DNA of 54,246 nucleotides, counting the filler, from Ionaspis alba (lineage: Eukaryota): the NCBI GenBank assembly GCA_964255285.1. It is 4 parts of 4 records of this genome, joined end to end, with 100 filler letters (N's around TTAATTAATTAA, not from the genome) between each part and the next. Parts side by side here need not be neighbours in the genome. Positions count along the whole stretch, not along the records: positions 27,222 to 40,691 come from CAXUUL010000459.1; positions 40,792 to 54,246 come from CAXUUL010000460.1; 2 more parts are not named here. One strand, 5' to 3'. Position numbers and translations under genes: made by a program. Positions 34,133 to 46,800 of the stretch are shown piece after piece. The number at the start of each line of letters is the position of its first letter. Positions within the stretch are counted from its first letter, which is position 1. The notes beneath the pieces are model-generated. The model was not told the DNA's origin and ran no database searches. It saw nothing but the letters and a program-made list of their open reading frames with translations.

Positions 34133-36639
34133 GGCGATAATGTAATTACCGCAAAAGCTGTAGACTCAATCATTCGGTTATCATCCAAGTACAACTGCTA
34201 TGGGGGCCTTTTTCGAGCCTCCCTGGCAACCATTGTGCGCGCTGGCCAGAATGGAAAGCAATGTCCAAATGTTTGGTCGTCATTGTAGTGCACCTCTACT
34301 GGAGGCGCATTTTAGCGTGCCAAGAGCTATATCCCAGACCCAACCGGAGAAAATAACCCTAGTCCCTGCAAGGAACAGTCATAAGCTTAAGGAATATTCT
34401 ACTGGAGAATCCAGGTCTCATCATTCTCGACATGTCTCGCGATTCAGGAGGAGCAGGGCAAAGCGGTGAAATCCCAATCTTGATCACTTAAACTGCAGAA
34501 ATGCAGGAACAATAGGTATAGTACATATTAAGCAAATCATCCCTCGTTCAGAGAAACAGGTCTCACTCAAGTACAACCATGACCAGGTCTACCAATTCCC
34601 TTGCACATCAATCTTATAATGTCCAAATACACGCCGGTGGCAATCTGAACGAGGCGAATAATCCACACCTCAGTTCTATGCGTGCTGATCACGAATACAC
34701 AGATCTTCTACTGGATTATATCTTGATAGCGACGCAGAGAGAAAGAATTCGAATCCTACATCAAAGCTTAGGCTGCCCATCATTCATCCTTGATCCACAT
34801 TGTCGCTAAATCTGGCCATTACGGGTCCTGCTCAAGTTCTGAATTATCCTGGTAGGTCGTGGACCGTGGGGAGGAAGAGGGTTTTGTATAGTATTCAAAA
34901 CGCTGCTTCTTGGCTTGGGAGCTTCAACAGGCCGTTGACCGGTTATCTACAACAGCTGCTTGCTGCAGTCGTGGCGATGACAGCGCAATTACGTTTCGGT
35001 AGATCTCATCTTGCTATCAATGTTCTCCCCGAATCTAGACCCCAATAATTGGAACCATGATTCTTTCAAATCTCGTGTTGTTTCGCTTCTGTTGCGTTCC
35101 AACCCTTCTTCTTACAAGATTCTCATAATAGGGACATAGAATATCCGTTCTCAGCCACTCTCTCTTGCTGATCGAATCACCTCCGCCGCTCACGAGCTGA
35201 TTGTCTATATGCATGTTCTTTTCCTTTTCGTAGGCGAGACGTGGTATATTGAGAATCTGAAGCAGATCAATTCATTGCAGACCTGCAGAAAGACAATTTC
35301 TGCTGTGGAGAACCACTGACTGCCGACCAATGCGAAACGACATTGTCAACTTCATTTAGGTTCTCGATTCGAGCAGCACCAGGGATGCCGTAGTGTGAGG
35401 CAGTCGTAGACTGCACTGGAAGAAGCATTCTTAGCGGCACGCTGGTCGCTCACAATGCACACAGAGAAGTAAGACATTCATATAATCCAACCATGCTCCT
35501 TCCTCTCCCGGTCGGACCGGACAACATAGTGCCCTCGTCTGTGTCAGTGTGCGGTAAAGGGAAGAGCTCCGTTGCGGACCATGCATGCGACCGACGATGG
35601 AGATTGACTTCATCTCAAACTTATAGCAAAGTAGTCGATCTCCCAGGTATACCTCTGCTATTTCCACATCCTCGGCAACGACCCTTAATACCATGTCTGC
35701 CCACTTCTCACAATTGTTTGCATTTTCGGTTACATACAGGAACGGCAACTCGCAGGGATCTCAATGCTTACCATGTTATACTCCTATGAGAAAACGTCTT
35801 TCCCTCTGGTACTCATGAGATGCTTCCCTACCTGGTAGGTAAAGCTTGAAATTGTGGTCTCCTTCATTTCTTAATCGGGAGGGCTTTCCTCGCTTACTAG
35901 CGTGCTTAACTTCTGTTTGCTTTGCTACTTCCGTCACTCTGCACCCAACATTTCTCAACATCCATTTCACTCCAACCACAAACGCGTGTTATTACAGGCC
36001 TCTGGCCCACCGATTTCTGTCCGTTGATCTGGAAATCTCAGCGGATCTCGAAGATTTGTCTTTCCATTGCGACAGTCGACTGTGAGCTGCTTTGAGGTGC
36101 TGGTCATGCTTCAAGCTTCTCTATCATACTATAAATTCACAGCAGAAAAGCAAAAGAGCACTGCGATCAAGACTTCTGACCGATAAGTATGTGTAGCAGC
36201 TTTGTGGTCTCCCTCTCAATAAGTCTGCTGACTTTGCCATAGAGATCCCTTTCCGGATTGCATATTGACGAGGACTGCTGACTTTAATCTGCACGTCCCA
36301 ATCCAACTTTCGATGCCATCTGAGACAGCACACTGTCGGCTCAACCATAACAGTCGTAGTTCTGAAAGCCACTAGCGAGAATTTTGATGATTCTATGATG
36401 TGATTGAGTAAGGTGGTGGTACACTGCGGCTTAGAAAGCTCTGCTTTAACAGCCTCCAACTCCATGCTGGAACCGATTGAGACTTCCCACCAAGTACTCT
36501 GTTAGAAGACCCCAGGCATCGCCTCCCTGATGTTCGCTTCGAGATACCTTCGTCTTCCCAACGATAGCAGCCTCGACGTTATCTTGAAGGATCAGTTCTA
36601 CACTCTTCTACACTGTGGCCAGACGTCAGCACAGCAAAT

Positions 36640-39600
36640 ATGTCACTCCTAGACTTGGAGATCCCGAGCGAGCTTGAGCGCGTGCAGGACGCACAATGGC
36701 AAGTCGTCAACAGAGGCAAGGTAAAGCAGGGAGATAAATCAGGTATGAACAAGTTATCCCGTGGAGGATGATACTCTCAGAGGCTTACACACTCGTCTTC
36801 AGGCTACACTTCCTCTACTTCCAACGATTTGAGTATGTCATGAGATCGCTAAGGATAATGAAATGGCTGTGGATGATTGACCTTGACTAGCTCACACAAC
36901 ATCTTCGAGCAACCGCTTCGAGAGCTTGGATACAAGCTCCAGCAGAGATGGACGAGGTAAGGCTCTAACTCTTCCCGCAACGATTCGCTTTGACCCTTCT
37001 TCATTGCATCTTTCGCTGACCTTGAAGGTCAAGATGAAGAAATAAATCCAAGTATTACCGAAAAGCTTGGGCGGACATACAACCATTCATCAAGGGACGA
37101 TGGCCGCTCGAGGTTGGACGAAACAAAGCCAACACCCAGCATTCGGGAATACTTCTATAGCCACGGAAACCGACAGAACCTTCCTATGTGGCAGACCATG
37201 CCCGAGATTCCTACCTCCGCCGAGGTGGGACTGCTAAAAGATGGTAAACCCGTTCTAGATGAGGTTCCAGTATCGGCAAACATCATCGAAGGGGCATGGG
37301 AAGATAAGGAACAGTATCTTCAATCGCACTATGAACTTCTAAGAGAAGACGGCGTTGCACCACTGAGAGATGCGGTTGCAGAGGTCCGAGCAAAACCCAG
37401 GATGACGGAAGTAGAATCTCAGGAACACGCTGCCATCTATGAGAGTGTATGTGCCCTGGGCGGGTACCAGAATAATCGTTGATTGTGCCCAGGTCTACAT
37501 TAACGGCATTACTTTCGCACCTCAGGGCATTGCGTTCAGGGTTGAGTTTTCTACGCGGCGGGCTGGAAAGAGAATACGATGGGAACAGTCCAAGCGATTG
37601 ATAAGTGGAAGTATTGTTGCGCTAACTCCGGTCGACGACATGTTCCAAAGGCTTTGTCTTGTTGCAGTCGTTGCTGCAAGGCCCGTGGAAGGCCTAAAGG
37701 TCACGCCACCATCGATCGATCTATTCTTCGGAAGTCATGAAGAAACAGAAGTAGACCCACAACAGGAATGGGTTATGGTGGAAGCAAGGCAAGGCTATTA
37801 TGAAGCACATCGTCATACTCTACGTGCTCTACAGAAGATGTCGACCGAGAGGTAATCATCTTGCGATTCAAACACCTTTTTCTCTCTTCTCACCCATATT
37901 AGATTTCCCCTGGCAGAGCATCTGGTCGACGTGCAGGAGAGAGTTTCTGCTCCAGCGTACGTTCAAGAGCAACCGCTTAAGGATCTTAGTCCTGCTTTAC
38001 CGGAGAGTGATAGACACATCAACGTGGATGTTCTCAATGGCTGGCCTGAATTACCAATTTCAAGCTTAGATGAATCGCAGCTAACCTCTCTACGACGGAT
38101 CCTCACAAAACGGCTTGCTATAGTCCAAGGTCCACCGGGCACGGGCAAAACTTACGTCTCCGTGGTGGCGCTTCAAATTCTGTTATCAAACATGGACAAC
38201 TCGGACTCACCAATAATCGTCACAGCACAGACCAACCATGCTCTTGACCAGCTGCTTAGGCATGTAGCTGTCTTTGAGCCTCAATTTGTCCGGCTTGGAG
38301 GTCGGTCGGCGGATCTCGAAACCATCAAACCCCGTACATTATTCGAAATCAAGCAGCGTAATCCTCCTGCTCGTGGATTCGGCGGATCAGCACGGAAGAG
38401 ACGGGAGCTCCTGGTTAAGGAGTTGAAGAAGCTTGTTGCTCCTTTAGCTCAGGCAGTAGAGCCCTTCACAGTTGACGTCTTCAAGCACTACGGATTGCTA
38501 AACACTACCCAAATCGAATCATTGGAGAAGGGTGCTCAGAACTGGATAGGCTCTGATGGGCCTGAATCTATCAATCCGATCGGAATCTGGCTAAACTCTG
38601 GCCTTATTGTGGCAGAGAGGAAAAGACCTTTGCAGGATTTTGGACTCGAGATGGAAGAGGTTGACGAAGCATTTGAACAGTTGAAAGAGCTCGAAGCGGA
38701 AGGTGGTGCCTTAGACGACGACAACTTCGAGATCCTCAAAGGCGAGTGGGTTCCTTTAGTTGAGATGTTCACTGGAAGACAGAGCCCAGGAGACACTGAT
38801 AAGAAAGTGCTCAAGCTATTACAACAGCAGGATCTGTGGCGTATAGCTGAGAGCAACCGTGGAGCTGTCTATGCTTATATGCAACGTATGGTCAAAAAAG
38901 AAATTCTCAAAAAATTCCGAGAAGGAGCTGCTCAATATGTGAAGATCGTGCAAGAACTGAAGATTGCCCGTTGGGAAGGTGACTACAAGTACCTTCGGCC
39001 TACAAGAGTCATTGGAACGACGACCACCGGCTTGAGCAAGTATCGTCCACTTCTCTCCAGTGTCAAGCCGAAGGTCGTGCTGATAGAAGAAGCCGCGGAG
39101 ACAATTGAAGCGCATACTACTGCTGCGTGCTTTGACACTCTTGAGCATTTGATACTTGTGGGTGATCACCAACAGCTGCGTGGACATTGTGCTGTCAAAG
39201 AGCTCGAAGGATCACCGTTCAACCTCGACATCTCAATGTTCGAGCGTCTAGTCAGAAATAGCGTCGAGTACTCCCAGCTGACAAGGCAGCGTCGGATGCG
39301 TCCAGAGATCCGCCAAATAATCATGCCAATATATCCAAACCTGCAGGACCACCCTTCAGTACACGATCGAGAAAATATACCGGGGATGGGCGGGCGGAAC
39401 AGCTACTTCGTCAATCACACGTATTCTGAGTCTGACGATGATGCCATGTCCAAGCGCAATATCGACGAGGCGAATATGGTTATCGGACTAGTCGACCATT
39501 TGCTGCATAATGGAGTCGAGGTGAAACACATCACTGTGCTGACATTCTACAACGGGCAACGCAAGACGATTCTTAACGGTCTGAAGAAACATCCCAATAT

Positions 39601-40691
39601 GCAAGGCCGTGTCTTCAAGATTGCTACTGTGGACTCGTATCAAGGTGAAGAGAACGAAATCATCATCCTGTCATTGGTTCGCAACGGGCCACACGGTATT
39701 GGCTTCTTGAGCATCGAGAATCGTGTTTGTGTGGCTCTATCTCGTGCTCGACGGGGCTTCTATATCTTCGGTAACGCCAATCTTCTTCGCAAAGCCAGCA
39801 CGTTATGGTACAACGTTCTTTGGATAATGCGAGACAATCCAAAACGACTCGGCAATGCTCTGCCTATCACCTGTTCGAATCATGGACAGACCTTCCGTGT
39901 TCAAGGTGAGTTCTTTGCAGCAACACCATCTGGACTTCAACGCTAACGCTTGCTAGCTCCCTCTGATTGGGATCGAGTCAATGGCGGATGTGAGCGTCCA
40001 TGTCGCGACATTCTACCCTGTGGACATCACTGCCAGCTGGCGTGTCATCCGTAAGCTATCCACCCAACACGAAACAACTGAGCCTAAACTCAATATAGTT
40101 TCCCTCATGCTTCAGTCAACTGTCAACAACGGTGTGCCCGAATCTTAGATTGCGGGCATCAATGTCTAGAGCTCTGTTACATCAACCCTTGCGAATGCGA
40201 ATGCGGCACGCGCATATTTCACGCAACAGATCCAGAACACGTAGAGGTCTCACCGCTCCCTTCAGGAGAGCCCTTAATCTCACTCACTGCATGGGAGGGC
40301 TCCAGTGCCCCAGCTTCTTCACGCGCGGCGGTAACACGTTCTGATCCACAAACATCTCGTCGTGCCCACGAACAGTCACTCCGGCGTTCACCAGACCGCC
40401 TACCTCGTGTCTCCCAAGAAGTACAGGCTTATCAAGACTACGCCAACGGAGGTCACCGCCTCTCCGACGCACTTCTGGAAGAAAAGCAGAGACGCAGGAT
40501 CGAAGAAATGTTAGATATGGAACGCATGGTACTAGGCTCTCCAAAGAAGGCAGAACACCATGAGCACAAACGGAACTCTACGATTGTGGTGGATGGGACC
40601 GATCTACTGGACTTTGGCAATGGCGAGGAGCAGGACACTGGGAGGAAGGTGAGACGTAGTGTGTGGAGTCCCCCTCAAGCAGCACATCAGG
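36640..40691 (+). CDS. ZNFX1/Hrr1-like SF1 (UPF1-like) RNA helicase with NF-X1-type zinc fingers, 3' truncated at contig end
   Basis: Seven phase-consistent introns have donors near 36743, 36833, 36957, 37447, 37852, 39906 and 40051. Motifs include YLQSHYELLREDGVAPLRDAV, IRWEQSKRLISGSIVAL, Walker A IVQGPPGTGKT, TNHALDQLL, VLIEEAAE, LVGDHQQLR, SMFERLV, TVDSYQGEENEIIILSLVR and NRVCVALSRARRG. These are followed by GGCERPCRDILPCGHHCQLACHPFPH and CQQRCARILDCGHQCLELC. Confidence 0.9.
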
Positions 40692-40791
40692 NNNNNNNNN
40701 NNNNNNNNNNNNNNNNNNNNNNNNNNNNNNNNNNNTTAATTAATTAANNNNNNNNNNNNNNNNNNNNNNNNNNNNNNNNNNNNNNNNNNNN
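40692..40791. other. Artificial contig linker (N44-TTAATTAATTAA-N44)
   Basis: Same spacer as the other two linkers. Confidence 0.97.
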
Positions 40792-41400
40792 ATAAATCCT
40801 GGGACGAGGGTCATCGGTCCAATCTTTTGGATCCTTAGCCGCTCGTCCGACGAGGGATCCATCCAGTCTTCGCAATAAATTTTCCCAAAACATGTATCTG
40901 ATTCTGCGCGAGGTGCGGTCAACTGGACTCTCGGTCAATTGTGCATAATTCACAACAATAGTCGGATTTATGTCATCTTGAGCAATAACGAGCTCTTGAA
41001 GAAGGTTCGAAAGGTGGTAGCTTCCCCGGATATCGAACCGGCGGAGACCTTCCGAATTAGTAGTCCCAACTGAAAATATCTGAGATTCATTTGAGTCGAG
41101 AAGGGTCTAATCAGGAGTCTGATTCATACCTTTGGACCTTGATCTTTGACCGTTATTTTCATGTTCTGATTCGTATCTTCTTGAGCAATCAATCTGCTCA
41201 GCGTAGATTTGACATCGAGTACGAATGCACACGGTGTTAGACTCGTCTCATCTGCTCATTGGGGTTCGTGTCAGAGCCTCGAAACTATGACACCAGGAAC
41301 TACACGAGATGGTGCATAGAGCGGACATACCGTGGCTTCCTCGCCGTTGTAGAGCTGGCTTTCGCGGTTGGTATTGCGGCCCTAGGTAGTCGCCGTCCCA
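40792..41400 (-). CDS. NTH1: Neutral trehalase (Nth1/TreB, GH37) N-terminal part; 3' truncated, first exon not resolved
   Basis: Exons 41331-41400, 41130-41251 and 40792-41079 translate as ...LQRRGSHDETSLTPCAFVLDVKSTLSRLIAQEDTNQNMKITVKDQGPKIFSVGTTNSEGLRRFDIRGSYHLSNLLQELVIAQ...LTESPVDRTSRRIRYMFWENLLRRLDGSLVGRAAKDPKDWTDDPRPRIY. This matches the PKA site RRGS, the EF-hand-like loop, and the LSNLLQEL and DPKDWT..PRPRIY motifs of fungal neutral trehalases. Confidence 0.85.
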
Positions 41401-42146
41401 CTAAAAATATGATTAACTCTACAGGCCCTGCCAGAAGTAACAGACACAGTGAACATTCGCGGAGCTTCGAGGTTCGATTTGCCTCCATTCCCTCGACTTC
41501 ATGAACAACAACTGGAGGGCAAACAAACACCAACGGGGCACGTAACGAGCAGCAGAATACCGCTTAATATCTAGAACAACATACAATCGAGCGGGATCTA
41601 GACATCCTGGCACCACTTCAAGCTCTGGGCAAAATTCGATCCAGTCCCCTGTAAAATGTCTTTTCAATGTCCGAGATACAGGAGAAGCCGTCTTTAAAGA
41701 AAGATATATATTCTCTCACAATGATCTCGCGTGACTCTGCATACAGGGGAAATGTGCAAGCAATCTTACACTGCCAATTTTGGCGTATGTATAGAGAGAG
41801 TGAAAAGTTCATCCATTGGCTTCACATGAAAGGAATCAAACGACGGAAGGCGGATAACGTGGTAGCACTCATTCGGCTTGATCTTGAAGGACGCTGACAG
41901 CGGTGATCAAGCGAAGAGAGACGGAAAATGCACGTTCGAGGTGTGTTCATCATGCATATCCATGTGGTCTCGAATGCACTGTATGGGGCTGTGCTCGCGG
42001 ATCTAATCGATTAGGGTTTAAGACGATATCAAGATCTGTTGGCGCTTGCATACTGCAGCAAGGCACTCTGCTGGCTCGGTCATACTTCGTCCCTTCAACG
42101 TCTAGGTTGGCAGATTTCATCCCCTTCGGCGCTATAAGCTCGCATT

Positions 42147-43600
42147 ATGCCGACGGAGCTGGAGGAGGTAGAGGAATTACCCACTTGTCAACTGCGCCTC
42201 GATCTGATCCGTCTCTTCTTATCAGCTCGTCGAATTTCTGCATCATGGCAACACGCAGATCAGGCAGCTCGGTGAGGCAGTCCTGGTATTCTGCACGGAG
42301 ACGTGGTGATTGATCGAGGCTTTGCAGCTGTCGAGAACCTTGTTCCGTTCTCAGAGAAGGAGCCGGGCATATTTAAGACGAACAAATTGACCCCGATCAA
42401 GGATCTCAAGCTCCTGATTAGAGACTATCCCGTACAACACCCCCTCTTATAGAGAGGAGCAATGAACGGAGATTGACTTGTTGCAGCCTATAGCAAAGAA
42501 TGCCTTGACGATCCTCATCAATATCTCCAAAGACCAAGATGTTCTGCATGACATTGCCAACGACGATGCATTCCTGGAATCTCTTCTCAACCGGTTAACC
42601 GTATGTCAGTCCCACCATTCCCCTGTATATGCTACGCTACACTACTACCACCCAACTGCTGACCGCCTTAACCTGCAGAATGCAAAAGAGCCCAATGCCG
42701 ACGAGATGGCCATGCTTCTCGCTAACATGGCGAAGGCCGACTCCATAGAGCGTCTCTTGACCTTGGAACGGGACACACAACTCGGCCTGTCGAAGTCTAA
42801 ATCTGCCATCGACCAGCTGACAGACTGCTTTGTCAAAGGCGCCACAGGAACCTATAATCCGAATGCCAACTACGACTACCTTGCCTACCTCTTCGCCGAT
42901 CTCGCAAAGGTACGTACGGCACTGATACCACCCACATATCTCAGACTGACGTCGACTTTTCCAGTTCCCAGCCGGCGCAACATACTACACAGAACCCCGC
43001 CCCTACGACACCATCCACCCGATCTCGAAGCTCCTCCCCTTCACAACCCACCCGTCTCTCACACGTCGGCTCGGCGTAGCCACAACTCTCAAGAACACCG
43101 CCTTCGCCCTTCCCCAACATCCAACTATCCTCTCTCCAACCATCGATCTTCTTCCCTACCTCTTACTTCCCCTCGCCTCAGGCGCGGACAATTACACCGC
43201 TTCCGAAACGGATCAGCTCCTCCCGGACCTACAACTCCTCGACGAGTCGCATAAGCGAGAACAAGATAAAGGCGTGAAGATTACTCATCTCGAGACCTTG
43301 CTGCTTCTAACGACGACGAGGGAGGGGAGAGATCAGCTCAGGCAGGCAGGCACATATTTCGTGGTCAGAGAATGCCATTTGGCTGTCGAGGATGAGGGAG
43401 TGAGAGAAGGAGCGGAGAGGCTGGTGCAGGTTCTTATGAGGGATGAGGAGGGGGAGGAAGGGATGCATGAGGAGATGCATGCGTTGAGAGGAGCGGATCA
43501 GGTACGGGAGAACGGTGGAAGAGCAGATGGGGGGAGGAGGGTTACTCAGATGGAAGAGGAGGACGAGGATGAGGATGAGAAGATTGTGGAGATATTTTGA
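42147..43600 (+). CDS. HGH1: Hgh1 (FAM203/DUF383-384) eEF2 chaperone, 6 exons
   Basis: The spliced translation reads MPTELEE|LVEFLHHGNTQIRQL|AVENLVPFS...KDLKLLIRDYP|PIAKNALTILINIS...|NAKEPNADEMAMLLANMAK...YDYLAYLFADLAK|...RRLGVATTLKN...THLETLLLLTTTREGRDQLR...ERLVQVLMRDE...EDEKIVEIF*. Introns are 42168-42225, 42272-42327, 42432-42486, 42601-42678 and 42910-42964. Confidence 0.93.
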
Positions 43601-43850
43601 GAGAATGGAATTGGTGGTAAAATGAGCACTGGAATGATGGTATCAAAAAAAATTGGAACAAAATTTAGAAATTTAGAAATTGAAAATTGATGTCTTGATT
43701 GAGTAATGTCTGGTAATAGATAATGTGTCCATGGTTTTGATGCATAGTGCAAGTGCCACTCCCAGAAATGTAAGCATCGAAGTAGCCAGTCTCTCAAGCT
43801 AAGTAGATATTGCAATCAGCCTCCCAAATCTTCTGCAGACCCAATGAAAT

Positions 43851-46800
43851 CTACCGCCCGTTGGTAGATCCAACGCTCTCTCCTCCGACCATCAGTCTCA
43901 TGCCTCCAACTCCGATATGAAACACTCTGTCCTCGTCGTCATCAGAATCGTTCACGATTTCCAGTCCTCCGCCGCCGATGTCCACGACTTCAGTTCCGTC
44001 TTCATCCTCTGGTTCTTGCACAACTTCCAGGTGTTCGCTTCCAGTGTCAGCCATTTCGGCTGCATCAGCGTCCCCCGGCTCTTCGACAACCTCTAAGCCT
44101 CCACCGCCGATATCCACGACCTCTCCCTCGTTTTTACCTTCTTCTTCACGCTCGGCTTCAACCTCGGAGTCTTGTACAACCTCCGGGCCCCTATTTCGGA
44201 TATCAATAACTTCGAGTTCGTCGGAGTCTTCGGCGTCGTCGACAACGTCTGGACCACCACCATTAATCTCCACGACTTCGACCTCACAACTGTGGCTTAA
44301 ATCTTCTAGATTCCTTGTAGTCTCATCTCGAGTGTGCCCCGCATTATCCCTAGGCTCTGAATCGCTGACATTTGCCGGTGTGGCAAGCGACGAAGCAGCA
44401 GGTTTACCGTCTGGTAGGGCCGCTTTCTTCTCTTGCTGAACTTCACCATGCTTCCTCCTGTCCATTGCCAAGTTCTGAGGTCCAAAGAATTTTGACTTCT
44501 GAAACCGCGCTGGGTTAGGACCAAAGAATGTTCGCTGCTGGACATGTTCCGTGCCCTCAGCGAACAGGTCAACCGGAATGCCATGGATGACGCCACCGTT
44601 CAGGATGATTCGGTGTGCTCTTCGGAACTCGTCTCGGATGGCCACGATACCGTGATGAACCACTGGTCGAGCAACGTTATGGTCGATTTCGAATGGATCC
44701 TCGATGGCAAAGAGATAGCGGTGTTTGACTTCTTTGGCTTCTTGTCCTGGTGTCGTTGCTTCGATCGTGACAGTTCTTGCTCCTGTCCATCCTTTTTCCT
44801 GCTTCGTTAGAAGTCCACCGTGGGTTCGAAGGGAAAGGACTCTCGTGGACCAAGAGAAGCCGCCCCCAAACACACCACGACCTTCTTGGGCAAAGTAGTG
44901 GAAGAAGCCACGGAGAAGCGATCCCAGGGTTTCGCGATTGCTCGTGATTCTGCCGCGAGAAGCAGCCAGGCGGATGTCTTTCTCTGATCGCCAGAAGCGC
45001 ACATCGTAGCCATCACAAGTAGTCTCCCCAATTGGACCGGCATGCCTTTGGTTCCATTCCAGTTGGAGATTCGGTGCCAATGGCGGCGAAGCGATGTTGA
45101 TCACAAAGTGTAGAACCATTAGCACATACCCGTAAGACGATAAAGTTCCATGATAAGGAGAGTTGATCTTTCGTCGTTTCGCCCATGCCTTGACAAACAG
45201 AACCATAGGTCGAATCCGAGGGTCACAATGCGAGTAGCAGCGCAACAGGAGAGTATTATGCATGGCTAGATGGTTGGAGAAGTTGATATCGCACTGGATG
45301 CCAACGCCAGACTTGGGAAACTCTAGATGATTGTCTTTCTCCGTTATCTCCCGATATCTCGAAAGCACCTCAGGAAGTTGCTGCAGATCCGCACGTGCTT
45401 GATCAAGCTGGCTTTGATCCCCTTGTAGTGGGGTATTCTTCACGAGGTTGATGAATCGATAAATAATCCTTCGTTCTTCGTCATTGAACCAATCCTCATG
45501 CATGGCCAATAGGTAAAGGCGCACCAGCTCTTCGTCCGTACGTACAGGCTGCTCTCGAAGATTTTTAGTGTCAGTCTCCTCAATTTGTGGAGTGTTGGTG
45601 TCAGTCGTGGGATGCCGTTCTTTGGTGCTAGCGCTGCTTGGAAGTCGCTGCTCCGTCTCAACCGAAACTGGGGAACCATGATTGTTGGATGGCTGAGTAT
45701 ACCCTGAATCGCTGGATGAGAACACGTTATCGGCACTGGGGGAATTTATTAATCCTCCTCTTCGCTTCTGGAGGGCAGACTTTTCTCCAGCATCTGCTTT
45801 CTTAGGTTTCTTCTTCTTTGATGGCCTGGTCTTCGACACATGCTTTCCCTTGGGACTTTCATTCTGGATCTTTTCCCACTTCTTTCGCTCCTCTATCAAG
45901 CTTTGCAGCAAAGCTGGTGTAGGTTTCTCGCAGAATTTGATGATAGGCACACGAGTCCGGGTCAGCAATCTCGCACCAAAGCCAGAGTCCAGAAGCAGTT
46001 TCTCCAATATTCGGGGAATGTCAGATTCAGGAGATGCGGGATCTGGATTAGAGTGCGGAGAAAAGAACGCGAGGTCCATATCTGACTCTTTTGTGGCAAA
46101 CCCAGAACTCAAACTTCCATAACACTTCAGCTTGATTGACATTGGATCGAAGCTAGGATCTTGAAAGAGCTCATGTGCGGATACAACAAACCGAAAGCGT
46201 TCTTCTAGATCTAATCTTGTTTTCTCTTGTTCTCGAAGGCTCTCGGCGCTGGGCTCGGCATTTGCAATGATGAACAATGCAAGTCTCTCAATGAACTCTG
46301 CTTGTTGACGAATAGGTAGTATGTATTCATCACGAGCTAAAGGCAATTGTTGGAGGCCAGTGGGATCGTAAAGCTGTCGAGTGCGAGGCGGCGGAGGCCG
46401 CGCGTATTGGTTTTGGGGGAAGGAGAGACTCTGAACGGCCTGCGCTGGCCTCACCTGCTGCTCTTGTCTGTATCCTTGGAGTCCTCGGTGATAGGGTGGC
46501 CAATAGGCGTTATTTACAGGTTGGCTAAAACTATTAGGTTGTTGCATTCTGTAGGACTGGTACTGGTACTGATGCATGTAGCTACCTCCGTTTGACTGCG
46601 CCGAATCCACGGAAAGTTGTCGATTCATTGGACGAGGTTCATGTTGTTGTGGTACCATAAGTGGTCGACTATTTGGGTGTGAGGTGACTTTAACTTGAGT
46701 TTTTGGAGGTTGTCGGGACACATCGCCGAAACTTTCGTTCATGTCTTGGCCGTTAGACCTCGGCGTGGGCAGTAGTGGTGAGATATGGATTGGATCGCTA

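Noticed and set aside
13538..40791. Three identical TTAATTAATTAA palindromes inside N runs
   Set aside because: These are artificial six-frame-stop contig linkers, not biological repeats. Gene adjacency across them cannot be trusted.
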